Assembly (NCBI GenBank): GCA_965263355.1
Contig: CBDHHL010000056.1
Span: 2,368,001-2,432,000 of the forward strand
Source of the DNA: Leptolyngbyaceae cyanobacterium
GTDB lineage: Bacteria; Cyanobacteriota; Cyanobacteriia; Phormidesmidales; Phormidesmidaceae
Reading direction: 5' to 3'
DNA length: 64,000 nucleotides
Numbering within the stretch: the first letter of the stretch is position 1; every line of letters begins with the position of its first letter. Positions 10,304 through 21,355 of the stretch are shown piece by piece. Position numbers and translations under genes: made by a program. A model generated the notes under the pieces. It saw only the letters and a program-made list of their open reading frames with translations. It ran no database searches and was not told the origin of the DNA.

Positions 10304-11212
10304 ATGATGACCACTGATGTTGCCGCTGCTTTTGATCTTAAAACCTACCTCGCGACCAAGTGTACTGAGGTAGAAGCAGCTTTAGAGCAGTCACTGCCAG
10401 TGGTCTATCCCGAAACCATTTACGAGTCAATGCGCTATTCATTGATGGCGGGTGGTAAACGATTGCGACCAATTCTCTGTTTAGCCACCTGTGAATTGGT
10501 AGGGGGCACCATCGAGCAAGCGATGCCCACGGCCTGTGCTTTAGAAATGGTGCATACCATGTCGCTAATCCACGACGATTTACCAGCTATGGACAATGAC
10601 GATTATCGCCGGGGCAAGCTGACAAACCATAAAGTTTATGGTGACGATGTTGCAATTTTGGCAGGTGATGCACTTTTAGCCTACGCATTTGAGTTTATTG
10701 CTGACCGCACGGAACATGTCTCCCCCAAGGCTGTGCTGGAAGTTATTCGTCGCTTGGGTAAAGCAGTGGGGGCAGCTGGACTAGTGGGTGGACAGATTGT
10801 AGATTTGGCATCTGAAGGCAAACCTAATACATCTATTGAAACCCTTAACTTTATTCATATGCACAAGACAGCCGCCCTACTTGAGGTTTCGGTAATCTCA
10901 GGCGCGATCCTGGCAGGTGCAGAAACGGAGGCAGTAGCACATCTCTCTCGCTATGCTCAAAATATTGGTCTGGCCTTCCAGATTGTGGACGATATCTTGG
11001 ATATCACCTCCACCCAGGAAGAGCTAGGGAAATCGATTGGCAAAGACATTCAAGCTCAAAAAGCAACTTATCCCAGTATTTGGGGACTGGATGAATCAAG
11101 AAAACAGGCGAATACCTTAATCCAAACTGCCAAGGATGAACTAGCAACCTTTAGTCACTTAAAGCAGCCTTTGGTTGCGATCGCAGATTACATCACCGCA
11201 CGTACGAATTAA
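10304..11212 (+). CDS. crtE: geranylgeranyl diphosphate synthase
   Basis: [34 protein letters not shown]; folD-crtE-DUF212 order. Confidence 0.95.
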   Translation: MMTTDVAAAFDLKTYLATKCTEVEAALEQSLPVVYPETIYESMRYSLMAGGKRLRPILCLATCELVGGTIEQAMPTACALEMVHTMSLIHDDLPAMDNDDYRRGKLTNHKVYGDDVAILAGDALLAYAFEFIADRTEHVSPKAVLEVIRRLGKAVGAAGLVGGQIVDLASEGKPNTSIETLNFIHMHKTAALLEVSVISGAILAGAETEAVAHLSRYAQNIGLAFQIVDDILDITSTQEELGKSIGKDIQAQKATYPSIWGLDESRKQANTLIQTAKDELATFSHLKQPLVAIADYITARTN

Positions 11213-11236
11213 TACCTCATTTACATCTGGATCTAT

Positions 11237-11689
11237 ATGGAAGCCTTCAACGAAATCTTTCAGAACCACGTTCTTGTCGTGTCGCTGGTCGCCTGTGTCA
11301 GTGCTCAGTTACTCAAGCTAATTATTGAAGTCATCAGCCATCAACGACTCAACTTACATGTTCTAGTTGAAACAGGTGGTATGCCTAGCTCTCATTCTGC
11401 TCTGGTAGCTGCTTTAGCTTGTGGTATTGGCCAAACCATCGGCTGGTCTAGCCCAGCATTCGCAGTGACCGCCGTGTTTGCCGTCATTGTCATGTATGAC
11501 GCTGCCGGAGTTAGACAAGCAGCTGGAAAACAGGCAAGGGTAATCAATCAAATCGTAGACGAGTTCTTCAATGATCAGGAATTTCAAGAAGATCGACTCA
11601 AAGAATTGCTAGGACATACACCTGTCCAAGTTCTTGCCGGTGCGGCTCTCGGCGTCTTTATCGGTTTACTCGCCGCACCAACCTATTAA
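11237..11689 (+). CDS. divergent PAP2 family protein (DUF212)
   Basis: GGMPSSHS, VMYDAAGVR, LKELLGHTP. Confidence 0.92.
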   Translation: MEAFNEIFQNHVLVVSLVACVSAQLLKLIIEVISHQRLNLHVLVETGGMPSSHSALVAALACGIGQTIGWSSPAFAVTAVFAVIVMYDAAGVRQAAGKQARVINQIVDEFFNDQEFQEDRLKELLGHTPVQVLAGAALGVFIGLLAAPTY

Positions 11690-11700
11690 CACCAGATCGA

Positions 11701-12456
11701 TTATCGAATAGTATCGGTTAGTCGAATTACCTGCTGACCATCGACCAAGAATGAAGTGAGCCCACTATCCACTAATTGCTGTAATTTAGCTGCTGCCGCC
11801 GATGAGTCGGTGGTATGCATAACCAACAGATAGGGGTGCTCTAGGTAAACAGCTAGACCGATATTGCCCTGTTGGGCTAAGTCGCGGCCAATAGCTGGAT
11901 TTTGCTGATAGTCCACCAGTACTGCAACACCCTCTCCTAGCAGACTGGGCTCATACTGTGGCAACTGACCAGATTGATCACCAGGAGCCTTAACAGAGAC
12001 CACTTCCACAGGCTCTATAGGTGATGAGGACGGCGTCGTTTCAGTTTCCGTAGGTTGTGCTTCGCTAGGTATTGATACGGCCACGATTGGTTCTTGTCCA
12101 GGAGCTGAGTCTGCTCCAGGAGCTGATACACCTGCTAGAGTCGATGACTCTACAACAACGGTATTCAATTCTTCAATGTCATTTAAGTACAAAGCCCAAG
12201 AGTTAGCCACCTCAAGCGAGTTAAACCCTCCCGCTCGCACAACTGGGTCTCCTAAATAGCTACAGACTAGAGTTGGCTTATCAACTGGCAGTACGGATAT
12301 GGCGCGATCTCGAGTGGCTTGATCATCACCACGCACTAGTAATAAATACTCTCCCGTTGCAGGAGGAGGGCAATCAGGATAATTCTGAGCCACCCCCTGT
12401 CCACCAATACTCAGAAGCAAAAATACCGTTACTCTACCTAGCCACCGATAGCCCAT
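11701..12456 (-). CDS. exported hypothetical protein
   Basis: Signal peptide; two globular segments joined by a P/T/E/S-rich linker. Confidence 0.7.
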   Translation of the reverse strand: MGYRWLGRVTVFLLLSIGGQGVAQNYPDCPPPATGEYLLLVRGDDQATRDRAISVLPVDKPTLVCSYLGDPVVRAGGFNSLEVANSWALYLNDIEELNTVVVESSTLAGVSAPGADSAPGQEPIVAVSIPSEAQPTETETTPSSSPIEPVEVVSVKAPGDQSGQLPQYEPSLLGEGVAVLVDYQQNPAIGRDLAQQGNIGLAVYLEHPYLLVMHTTDSSAAAAKLQQLVDSGLTSFLVDGQQVIRLTDTIR

Positions 12457-12557
12457 AACTCGATCCCCCAGCTAACTAAATCGCATGCATATCCAAAACT
12501 GGATTTGTGGGTAAAACAGTCCCCAGAGTTTCAGTTTGACTAGGGATTATAGCTTTA

Positions 12558-12887
12558 TTAAGTCGCAGTTGCTAAGGAGACTAACGGATCACTCACCGAC
12601 GTTAATGGCACCGTAAACTCTCCAGTCGCAACATACTCCAGTCGCAGCTTCAGCCAGGTAACAAATGTTTTATCAGTTGAAACTACAGCAGCAGCAGGTT
12701 GTGGACAACTTGCTTTAACGGTCTCTAAATCAGGGGATTCCAAGAAAGCGGGCTGTTTAATGAGCCAAAAGTCAATCTCTTTTTCTTTTTCTTGATAATG
12801 ACGTCGTCGCTCTTTAAGCACCTCCTCTAGGGGTTCTTCTTCCAACAAAAAGCGCTGACTGGCTACGGCGTAATAGTATGTCGTCAT
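12558..12887 (-). CDS. ycf54: Mg-protoporphyrin monomethyl ester cyclase auxiliary protein Ycf54
   Basis: YYYAVASQRFLLEEEPLEEVLKER, IDFWL, FVTWLKLRLEYV. Confidence 0.93.
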   Translation of the reverse strand: MTTYYYAVASQRFLLEEEPLEEVLKERRRHYQEKEKEIDFWLIKQPAFLESPDLETVKASCPQPAAAVVSTDKTFVTWLKLRLEYVATGEFTVPLTSVSDPLVSLATAT

Positions 12888-13114
12888 ACGTCTGATAAAA
12901 GAGATAAAGGTAATGAGTTCCTAAGCAAACTCTGTTTTCCAATCCAATAGACAGGATTTTAACAGGGAATGTAGAAACCCCTGCATATTCTGTAATTAAA
13001 CCTTGTTAAGGTTATACAGCCCAGGCATCAATAGACTCTGAACCGATGAGAAAATTACATCAAGCATTTATAGAGAGCTATTAAACCTGCCAAATTGGCA
13101 TGAGGAAAACGCTA

Positions 13115-15322
13115 CTAAAAATCGATTGGCACTGCAGCAACAGTTCGTGGAGTTTCCTGTACATCCTCATCTACCAGATAACCGTCGTCATCTTCGAAAT
13201 CAACATTATCTTCATCCTGAAGAGTAACGTTAGCACCATTAATCAAAACTCCCAACAAGCGGATATCTTCATTAAGATCGAGTTCCTCAAGGGCAGTATT
13301 CAAGACAGCTCTTTCGGTAACACCAGGCCGAGCTATCAACATCATGCCATCCGTCTGTTCCTCTAGAAGCAACGCATCATCCACACGACTTAGGGAAGGT
13401 GTATCCAAAATCACCATATCAAAGCGCTCACGGGCATCATCTAAAAAACGACGCATCTCACTGGATTCAAGTATGGCAGCCGCCTGACGTTGAGGTCCAG
13501 GACTGGGAGATACATATAGGTTCTCAATAAATGGAACCATGCGAATATTATCGCCAACGCTACCACCGTAGTAGCGCAATGGCTCCATCAAAACTCGCTC
13601 ATCGTTAACTAAACCTAGATATTGCGCCTTCGATCCCGAACGCAAATCGGCTTCCACTACAAGCGTACGTCGTCCAGCGTGCGCAGCTGCAATAGCTAAG
13701 TTGTATGCGGTAATACTTTTACCTTCATCAGCGATCGTGCTAGTCACTAGTACCACCCTGGGACCAATTACACTATCCTCAAAACCGGTCAATCGCAGTT
13801 TACTCAAGCAGCGCTCGTAGCTACTATGATACTGAGAATCTGCTTGCGCCAAAATTGGAGCAGCCTTTGCTGGACGAGTACGAATAATGGGCACAGCGCC
13901 CAGTATAGGCATATCCTGATCACGTAGCAATTTCTCCAAATCCTCAGGCGTACGGATAGTACCGTCAAGCATATCTAGCAAGAAGATAACCCCTCCACCA
14001 GCGACCAACCCCAGTAGCCCTCCTGCCAGTAAAATAGTCGCCGGATTGGGCTTTTCAGGCTCATTAATTGCTGCTAGGGGCTGATTAGCTACAGTCAAAC
14101 TACTCACAGTTTCAGCTTCAGCAGCCTCGGCATCAACAATTCGCGCTTGAATCTGATCGTAGAGTGCTTTTTTCAAACCAACCTGATATGCTAGTCGCTC
14201 ACGCTCCAGTTGCTTATTCGGCAGACTAGAATATTGCTTACGCAGATCTTGAGCTGACAGAGCTAGTACTTGACTTTGACTAATCAAAGTATCTTTTTCA
14301 GTTTGCAAGGTCACTAATTGATTTGCCAAGGCAGCGCGAGCGGGATCTAAATTGCCATTAATATTGATAACACCAGCTGGTAAAGCTGCAGTTTGACCAT
14401 CCCCAGACAAAACATCACTCACGCGTCGATTTAGCTGGGATTGTATAGCATTCAGATTACGCAAAGCGGTCACCACAGCGGGATGATCGGCCCGATGATC
14501 CGATGCCTGTAATAAGCTCAGTTCATTTTCGAGCTGATAACTTTGCGCCCGTAAATTGGCAATTAAAGGATCAGCACTGAGTGCTGATGAAACATAAGCT
14601 TCATCAGCACTCAGACCTAACCGCTGCTGCAAACTTTGAATTTGGGCATCAATTCCAGCTAATGTAATTTGATTCTGACGAATCTGCTGCTGACTGCCTG
14701 AAATTTGCCCCAGCAAACTTCCGTCTAATGCAGCTTGAATAGCAGGTCCTTCCTGACGATCATATTGCTCTAGAGTTTGTTCAGCCTGCCTAAGAGCACT
14801 TTCAATAGGAGGAAGTCGTTCATTGAGAGCATCAATAATTGCCTGTAGTCGTGCTTTATTACGTACACGACTAAATTCAACCATAAGCTGGAAAAGACCG
14901 CTGAGAACAATGACTGCTATTTCCTCATCCGCATGGATAAAACTGACGTCGGCTCTTAGCCCTGGTTGATCCTTTTTACCACCACCGATCCTCACAATCG
15001 TATTACTACGAATATCCCCCGGAGTCAAATCTATGCCCCGAGCAATCAACTGTCGAGAGGCCTCGTCAAGCAACAACTCAGAGAGCAACTGATCTTCATC
15101 CAGAATGCCCTTACCAGCCTGCTCAATGGTAGTAGCCGTAGTCGTTAATGAAACCAAAGGACCACTGTCGACCAACGTTCCCTTGGCAATATATTCAACC
15201 GGCGGCGGTGGCTGCAAAGCCACAACTCCCGAAGCGCCCAAAATAGATAACAAGCATGTTAGTCCAGCCCACTTATATCGCTGAACAGCTAATAAATATC
15301 GCTTGATAACAGGAGATACCAT
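13115..15322 (-). CDS. Wzc/GumC-type polysaccharide co-polymerase with BY-kinase-like domain
   Basis: Two TM helices around a coiled-coil periplasmic region; TSTIADEGKS, VEADLR, VILDTP. Confidence 0.9.
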   Translation of the reverse strand: MVSPVIKRYLLAVQRYKWAGLTCLLSILGASGVVALQPPPPVEYIAKGTLVDSGPLVSLTTTATTIEQAGKGILDEDQLLSELLLDEASRQLIARGIDLTPGDIRSNTIVRIGGGKKDQPGLRADVSFIHADEEIAVIVLSGLFQLMVEFSRVRNKARLQAIIDALNERLPPIESALRQAEQTLEQYDRQEGPAIQAALDGSLLGQISGSQQQIRQNQITLAGIDAQIQSLQQRLGLSADEAYVSSALSADPLIANLRAQSYQLENELSLLQASDHRADHPAVVTALRNLNAIQSQLNRRVSDVLSGDGQTAALPAGVININGNLDPARAALANQLVTLQTEKDTLISQSQVLALSAQDLRKQYSSLPNKQLERERLAYQVGLKKALYDQIQARIVDAEAAEAETVSSLTVANQPLAAINEPEKPNPATILLAGGLLGLVAGGGVIFLLDMLDGTIRTPEDLEKLLRDQDMPILGAVPIIRTRPAKAAPILAQADSQYHSSYERCLSKLRLTGFEDSVIGPRVVLVTSTIADEGKSITAYNLAIAAAHAGRRTLVVEADLRSGSKAQYLGLVNDERVLMEPLRYYGGSVGDNIRMVPFIENLYVSPSPGPQRQAAAILESSEMRRFLDDARERFDMVILDTPSLSRVDDALLLEEQTDGMMLIARPGVTERAVLNTALEELDLNEDIRLLGVLINGANVTLQDEDNVDFEDDDGYLVDEDVQETPRTVAAVPIDF

Positions 15323-15494
15323 GGACAGTCCTCGGATAAAAAGAACTAGATGAAATCAAGGCCCTGAATCATTTGATCAGGTGAAGTGAATCCGTACATC
15401 AGACATCCAGATCGCTGATCTAGACTTAAAGAAATCATAGCTCAATCATTCCATACATATCCTGCATGAAGATATGCCATGGGAACAAACTGCC

Positions 15495-16922
15495 CTAATT
15501 GAAAAAGTCACCGTTGAAAATACCATCAAAAAAGAGTATGAAGCTCAGGACATCTTGAAAGGGTTGAGTGATAGTGTCTATAGCAAAAGCAATGCGATTA
15601 ATCAAGTTCCGACCCACTACAATCACATCGTTGTCTCGCAGAGGCGGGTTTTGGGTAGGATCCCCATAGAGTGCATCCTTAGCATTTAACTTAGTAATTG
15701 CCGGTCTACCCTGTTCTGGATCAAACCTGATTAATGCGACTGAACGTAAATTAGCCTGGTTAAGTGGTAAGCCAATACCAGCCCCTCCCCTTACGGCATC
15801 ACCCACTAATGCATCTACAAATGTACTACCATTAGGCAGTCGTTGCCCTCTAACAACGCCACCAGGATAATTAAATACTCGAACTAAAATATCCGGTTGC
15901 GCCAAAGTAGAACGGGTAACAAAATTCACGTCATAATCATATGCCTGGGCTGGATCAAGTCGAGAAATGATTACAACATCCCCATTCTCAAGACGTTCCT
16001 CCGGCAGTGGCAAGCCATCACGGACGGGCGTATACAGGTCAACTGTTTTCTCTATCACACGGTTATTTGGCAAACGGCGCTGAATTCGGATCTCACGCAA
16101 ATCAGCTGTACTACGTGCCCCTCCTGCAGCCAAGAGTGCAGCTGTCACCCGCGGAGCTTGCAAGGGATATAAACCTGGACGTTCAATTTCTCCCAACATA
16201 ATAACTTCCACTCCACGCTGAGCCGTTAAAGTCAACGTGACATCGGGCACGCGATACTGACGTGGGTTATCACCCCTTAAAGCTTGATAGTTAGGAAGAA
16301 TACGTCGATTAATCTCTACCTCAGCGATCTGATAGGGCACCCCCTGAAGTGCATTTGCTAAGCCGATGGAACGTATTTCTGCAAGCACCACGTACTGATT
16401 ATATACAGCACGAATTCTATTTTCCGCCTGATTAAGCGTTAAGCCTTGCAAAGGCACAGCTCCTTCAATGGGCAAAATCACATTCCCTTGCTGATCAAGA
16501 GTTGCCTGAAATGAGAGGTCAGGAAAGCGCTGAACACTCACAAAAATACCATCGCCAGGACCTAAACGATATTCTTCGAAAGCATCCTCAATTGATCCAG
16601 GAGTAGAAGAGCCAGTACGAATCAGTAAATCTAAATCATCTAACGTTGGTCGACGTTCCAACACTTCCACTGTCGGGACCTCTGACTCTGTTGCGCCTTC
16701 AAGCACCAAAGCATCATCATCCTGTTCGTCAGGAGTCATAGGCTTCTCAAGCTGCGCTGATTCCTCGATAGTATCTTCCGATAGTGGTAATACTGACTGA
16801 GATACACTAGCCTCCTGCCAAAGAAACCAGCAGGCTGTACTTAACACAATCTGGCTAGCCAACATAGCTAACCTTTTCTCCAAAACGAGTTGGAATATTG
16901 GGGCATTTTTGACGGGTATCAT
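15495..16922 (-). CDS. Wza-type polysaccharide export protein
   Basis: YRLGPGD poly-export motif; SLBB repeats (GEIERPGLY, LENGDVV, LRDNDVIVV). Confidence 0.88.
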   Translation of the reverse strand: MIPVKNAPIFQLVLEKRLAMLASQIVLSTACWFLWQEASVSQSVLPLSEDTIEESAQLEKPMTPDEQDDDALVLEGATESEVPTVEVLERRPTLDDLDLLIRTGSSTPGSIEDAFEEYRLGPGDGIFVSVQRFPDLSFQATLDQQGNVILPIEGAVPLQGLTLNQAENRIRAVYNQYVVLAEIRSIGLANALQGVPYQIAEVEINRRILPNYQALRGDNPRQYRVPDVTLTLTAQRGVEVIMLGEIERPGLYPLQAPRVTAALLAAGGARSTADLREIRIQRRLPNNRVIEKTVDLYTPVRDGLPLPEERLENGDVVIISRLDPAQAYDYDVNFVTRSTLAQPDILVRVFNYPGGVVRGQRLPNGSTFVDALVGDAVRGGAGIGLPLNQANLRSVALIRFDPEQGRPAITKLNAKDALYGDPTQNPPLRDNDVIVVGRNLINRIAFAIDTITQPFQDVLSFILFFDGIFNGDFFN

Positions 16923-17066
16923 ACCAACTCAAAAATTAATAAAAACGTATATGAAGTTTAGTCAGCTTGTAAAAGCTATAAGTTTCTCAATGTAGCTACT
17001 GTAGCTTATCTTCTACACTATCAGAGGTTTTCAGATAAACCATGATTATGGAAACATGATTAGTTC

Positions 17067-17762
17067 CTAGGGAGCAGGGACAAACACAGTGTCTCCTAAG
17101 GACATTTGCACCAGTTGACTAAGACGCTCTAACTCTGAATAAAAAAGAGATACATCCCCTAAGGGTGGCATCGGCACAAGCAAACTAACTGCAACCCAAG
17201 GCAAGCGCTCACCTCTAATCCACTGATATTTTTGGTCTCGCCAAAACCAATGATGTGGAGCGGGATGACCACTTTCGGGCATAGCATACCATTGAGCAAC
17301 CGCAAAGGTTTGATGAGATGTCCATGCTCTAAAAGTATTGATCCTCAAAGTCCCTATCCTGAGACGCCGAGGATTGGAAGTTTGCCATTTTTGAGCGCCT
17401 TCCAAATCGATCCACTCAACTTCTGGTTGGTCGTCAGACTGCCCTTGGGGTTTTAAGAAAAGTATCATTTGGGCTGGAGCTGCCCCATTGACATGGGTCA
17501 ATTGCTGCACTGACCACTGGGAACCACCAATAGATATTTTTTGTTGAAAATCTTCGGACCAGTCGTCTATGGTTAATCCTGTTTCTTTTAGATTTCGAAT
17601 GGCACGAATTTGAGCCACTCCTGGAGGTGAGTGCCAAGGCCACTGACCAGATAAGTACTGAGGCACGGCAACAGCTGTAATCATTGCAGCTAGCAACCCA
17701 GCGACTAACCACCTTTGCCAAACGCTAGATTTAAAACCTGAAGAGAACAATGACAGCACCAT
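17067..17762 (-). CDS. cyanoexosortase B-associated protein
   Basis: N-terminal TM, PQYLSGQWPW, QPEVEWID, TFAVAQWYA; directly downstream of the exosortase. Confidence 0.82.
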   Translation of the reverse strand: MVLSLFSSGFKSSVWQRWLVAGLLAAMITAVAVPQYLSGQWPWHSPPGVAQIRAIRNLKETGLTIDDWSEDFQQKISIGGSQWSVQQLTHVNGAAPAQMILFLKPQGQSDDQPEVEWIDLEGAQKWQTSNPRRLRIGTLRINTFRAWTSHQTFAVAQWYAMPESGHPAPHHWFWRDQKYQWIRGERLPWVAVSLLVPMPPLGDVSLFYSELERLSQLVQMSLGDTVFVPAP

Positions 17763-17814
17763 CTGCTACAACATCCCTAGATCAGAATTACGACATCTAG
17801 AGCTACGAAAATAT

Positions 17815-18747
17815 CTAAAAATCCAGGGGAGTCCCTGTTTGCGCTATGGACTGATAGGACTCTTGACGCATACCCGTAAGCGCCAAATGCTTTGGAACAT
17901 GAGTTTGGATAACATTCACAATCAAGACCAAAGAGCCTAACATCACAGCAGAATAAACATCCCCGCCCCAGCTTTCATGCAGCCAGTGAAAGGCTTCTGA
18001 CATGCTGTTGCCATGAAAGAAAGTCAAAATTGTATTACGGAGAATGTTACCGACCACGCTGACCATCACAATGCCAATGAAAAAGACTCCTGTTCGCAAT
18101 TTAGAGCGATATATTCCTGTCCAGTAGGTTAGTACTAATCCCATGTACAGGCTTGTAAAGAGCATCTTTAAACCAGCGCAATGGGGAGCAACTTCCACCA
18201 ACTGCTGATTCATGCTCAAATAAATGTTGTTGACTTCCACCTCATAGCCAAGGCCATGAAGAATAGTGCCTGCTACAGTTGCAATAAATCGCTGTAATGG
18301 CAAGATGTAAGGCTCAATCAAGTAGGGTAGCTGTGTAGGTGTGGAAAAAACTATCAAGATTAAGGGAAAGAGCATCAGCCGCAAACCTGCTGGGCCTTTG
18401 AGGCATAAAAGCAAGCCCGTTAGCATCAGAGGCAACGACAGATTGACCGCATCCATTACCCCACTGGCATAAAGAATAAATGCGATGACTAAACAGACAA
18501 TGCCGGACCACTGTAATTTATCCCCTAGCCGATGCCAAGCTTGGCGCTTATCCCAAACTAGTTTTAGCGCTAGAGGGATGCCGAGAATACCATGACTAAA
18601 GTACTCATGTTGAATACTGATGCCTTTGTTAAGCCAGCCATCCCAAACCCAGTGATAAAGCAAAGGACCATAGAGAATGACTAAGCCGCTAATGACTATC
18701 AGCTCAAGTGCCCATCTTGAAGATTTAGAGCGAGAAAGACTAATCAT
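17815..18747 (-). CDS. cyanoexosortase B
   Basis: Exosortase catalytic motifs VEVAPHCAGL, GNILRN, FHWLH; HEYFSHG. Confidence 0.9.
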   Translation of the reverse strand: MISLSRSKSSRWALELIVISGLVILYGPLLYHWVWDGWLNKGISIQHEYFSHGILGIPLALKLVWDKRQAWHRLGDKLQWSGIVCLVIAFILYASGVMDAVNLSLPLMLTGLLLCLKGPAGLRLMLFPLILIVFSTPTQLPYLIEPYILPLQRFIATVAGTILHGLGYEVEVNNIYLSMNQQLVEVAPHCAGLKMLFTSLYMGLVLTYWTGIYRSKLRTGVFFIGIVMVSVVGNILRNTILTFFHGNSMSEAFHWLHESWGGDVYSAVMLGSLVLIVNVIQTHVPKHLALTGMRQESYQSIAQTGTPLDF

Positions 18748-18795
18748 AGTGGATACATTTCATAGTAGATATATTTGCTGCAGCATGAGATTGAG

Positions 18796-19953
18796 CTAGA
18801 TCAAAACTGGACAAGATTGAACCAATGCCGTAACAGTCTTTACGACATGCTCTAATTGCTCATCAGTCATGCCAGGATACATGGGCAACGATAAAATTTC
18901 TTGACTCAGTCGCTCAGCCCGAGGGAAATCGCCAGCCTGGTATCCTAAATTTTGAAACGCGGGCTGAAGATGACAGGGCACCGGATAGTGAATACCGGAC
19001 TGGATATCGTGGGCAGCCAGTTCCTGCTGGAGACGGGTACGATCAACCGGACAAGTGGACGTCAAACGGATAACGTAGAGATGATAGACATGACCACTAC
19101 CACTATGATTGACCATAGGTAATAGCCCTAGGCTCGCTAACGGTTTCAAAGCGTCGTCGTAGCGTCTGGCCAGTCGATTGCGATCGCAATTCCAAGCTGC
19201 TAGATGAGCTAGCTTAAGCTGTAGCACAGCTGCCTGGAGTGTATCAAGACGACTATTAGTTCCTCCAGGATCCGTATGGTAATACTTTTGTGTTGACCCA
19301 TAGTTGCGTAACGATCTCACCGTTTGTGCAACCACATCTTTCTGAGTAATTACCATGCCCCCATCGCCCATTGCACCCAAATTTTTGCTGGGATAGAAAC
19401 TAAACGCAGCTGCTAGCCCAACGCTACCAGCCGTCATTCCTTCCCGCTCAGCTCCATGGGCCTGGGCAGCATCTTCAAAAATAATCACATCGTAAGTTTC
19501 AGCCAGGTAACGTAATCCCTCAGGAGAGACCATCTGGCCATAAAGATGCACAGGAATAATTGCCCGTGTCCTGCAATTAATTGCCTTTTCGGCGGCGGCC
19601 AAGTCTATCAGTCCAGTGTCTAGATCGCAATCTACAAACACAGGAATTGCCCCTGCCTGCAGCACACCAATCAAGGTAGCGACAAAGGTATTGACTGGTA
19701 AAATCACTTGGTCTCCAGCTCCCACACCACAGGCTTGTAACCCCAGCGTCAAAGCATCAGTCCCAGAACCCACACCTACCCCATAAGAGGCATTGCAAAG
19801 AGCAGCAAATGCCTGCTCAAATTGGACCACTGCACTTCCCAATATGTAATCGCCTCGAGTAATCACAGCAGCCATGGCTGCCATTAACTCTGACTGTAAT
19901 GGACGATGCTGCTGAGATAGATCAACAAAGGGAACAAAGCATGAATTAGCCAT
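18796..19953 (-). CDS. DegT/DnrJ/EryC1/StrS aminotransferase
   Basis: EDAAQAHG, FSFYPSKNLGAMGDGG, NSRLDTLQA. Confidence 0.95.
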   Translation of the reverse strand: MANSCFVPFVDLSQQHRPLQSELMAAMAAVITRGDYILGSAVVQFEQAFAALCNASYGVGVGSGTDALTLGLQACGVGAGDQVILPVNTFVATLIGVLQAGAIPVFVDCDLDTGLIDLAAAEKAINCRTRAIIPVHLYGQMVSPEGLRYLAETYDVIIFEDAAQAHGAEREGMTAGSVGLAAAFSFYPSKNLGAMGDGGMVITQKDVVAQTVRSLRNYGSTQKYYHTDPGGTNSRLDTLQAAVLQLKLAHLAAWNCDRNRLARRYDDALKPLASLGLLPMVNHSGSGHVYHLYVIRLTSTCPVDRTRLQQELAAHDIQSGIHYPVPCHLQPAFQNLGYQAGDFPRAERLSQEILSLPMYPGMTDEQLEHVVKTVTALVQSCPVLI

Positions 19954-20273
19954 GGTGTGAAATTTCTAATGACATATTGGCAATTGCTCCCACTGTAGTG
20001 ACTAACAGAGGTTAAATAGAGTGGCTGCCATTGACTAAATATTGCCCAGTCAAAGCCGAGTAACACCTGAGCAGCAGCAATTCTATCCAACCACACCTGC
20101 TGATACGGCTACAAAAGTTTAGAGACACTTTAAATAACCCTAATCTTAGTTTCTCTTGTTAATTTGAGTCTTGGGCATCCCTAGCACGTAAAGTCTCTAT
20201 GAAGCTTATCGAATAACTTCGTCTCTGCTTCAGAATTGACGATGGTCGTTTCTAACGTATTTCTCTTCACAGT

Positions 20274-20603
20274 ATGGATATTAAGACAGCTCGACAGGTA
20301 GTGATAACTCAAGCGGATTTGACCCTACCCGATTCATTTTTGGCACGCCTACAGCAGCAACAACCGCCAGTGCCTGGACAAGTCACTGCGCTATTGCTGG
20401 CCTTAAAAACGGTGATGGAAAATCTCAAAACTGCTGAAAATCTAGAACGCAGCTTAGTCTATGCCCTACATCAGCTAGCCTATGGAGGTCGTCAGTTCTA
20501 TGAGCACGGCAAACTTGCAAAGGTAGAATGGCCACCATTGTTAGATGCTGATATTGAACGAATTGCGATCGCAACCGCCAAAATTTTTAAGGGCGATGTG
20601 TAA
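20274..20603 (+). CDS. conserved cyanobacterial hypothetical protein
   Basis: PPVPGQVTALLLALK and WPPLLD motifs; no ATP-binding motif visible. Confidence 0.7.
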   Translation: MDIKTARQVVITQADLTLPDSFLARLQQQQPPVPGQVTALLLALKTVMENLKTAENLERSLVYALHQLAYGGRQFYEHGKLAKVEWPPLLDADIERIAIATAKIFKGDV

Positions 20604-20620
20604 ATTTGAATTATCTCGCC

Positions 20621-21235
20621 TCATCTCTTGGTCGCAATACCCCGATAAAAATAACCAATCAGCTTAGGTAAATCGTTGGCGTAAAACTCCTGCAATTCGA
20701 CCTGGTCAAAAACCGCCTCAATCAAATTCGCCATAGGTCGATCTAAATGACAGCCATCAGCAATCCGGCGCTGCAATGGCGTAATCCGACGCTGCCAAAT
20801 ACCTATCCCTGGGTCAGGACTAAGACCGTGCTCGATAAAGAAAAATTTGCCCCCCGGCTTGAGCACTCGATAAACTTCATGGAGGGCTATTTCAATATTC
20901 GTAATACTGCATAGGGTCCAGGTACAAACTACCGCATCAAACATTGCCGCTGCCATGGGGAGTGACTCAGCACTGGCCATTTGTAACCTGATATCTATGC
21001 CTGAGGCTTGTATGCGCGGGGTTGAGAGCGCAGCCATGCCATCATTGGGATCAATTGCCGTCAGCATAGTCACTCCATCACCGTAGTAAGGTACATTCAA
21101 CCCCGTACCAAAACCAATTTCTAATACCTGACCCTCAACAGACTGCAAAAGCAACTGACGATAACCACTCAATTCCTGACCAGACATCGTCAAGTCCAGT
21201 AAGCGAGGGAAAATCAACCGTGAATAAATGCCCAT
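20621..21235 (-). CDS. class I SAM-dependent methyltransferase
   Basis: VLEIGFGTG, FDAVVCTWTLCS, VLKPGG. Confidence 0.92.
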   Translation of the reverse strand: MGIYSRLIFPRLLDLTMSGQELSGYRQLLLQSVEGQVLEIGFGTGLNVPYYGDGVTMLTAIDPNDGMAALSTPRIQASGIDIRLQMASAESLPMAAAMFDAVVCTWTLCSITNIEIALHEVYRVLKPGGKFFFIEHGLSPDPGIGIWQRRITPLQRRIADGCHLDRPMANLIEAVFDQVELQEFYANDLPKLIGYFYRGIATKR

Positions 21236-21355
21236 TAGCTACCATCCCAAAACTTCCGCTGATGCTTTCCCAAGCAGCCCTAAACACATCGAGTCTACTG
21301 ACCTAGCCTAAATAGTAGTATCTTGTTGACTCCACCGCTTATCACCAAAGACTCT

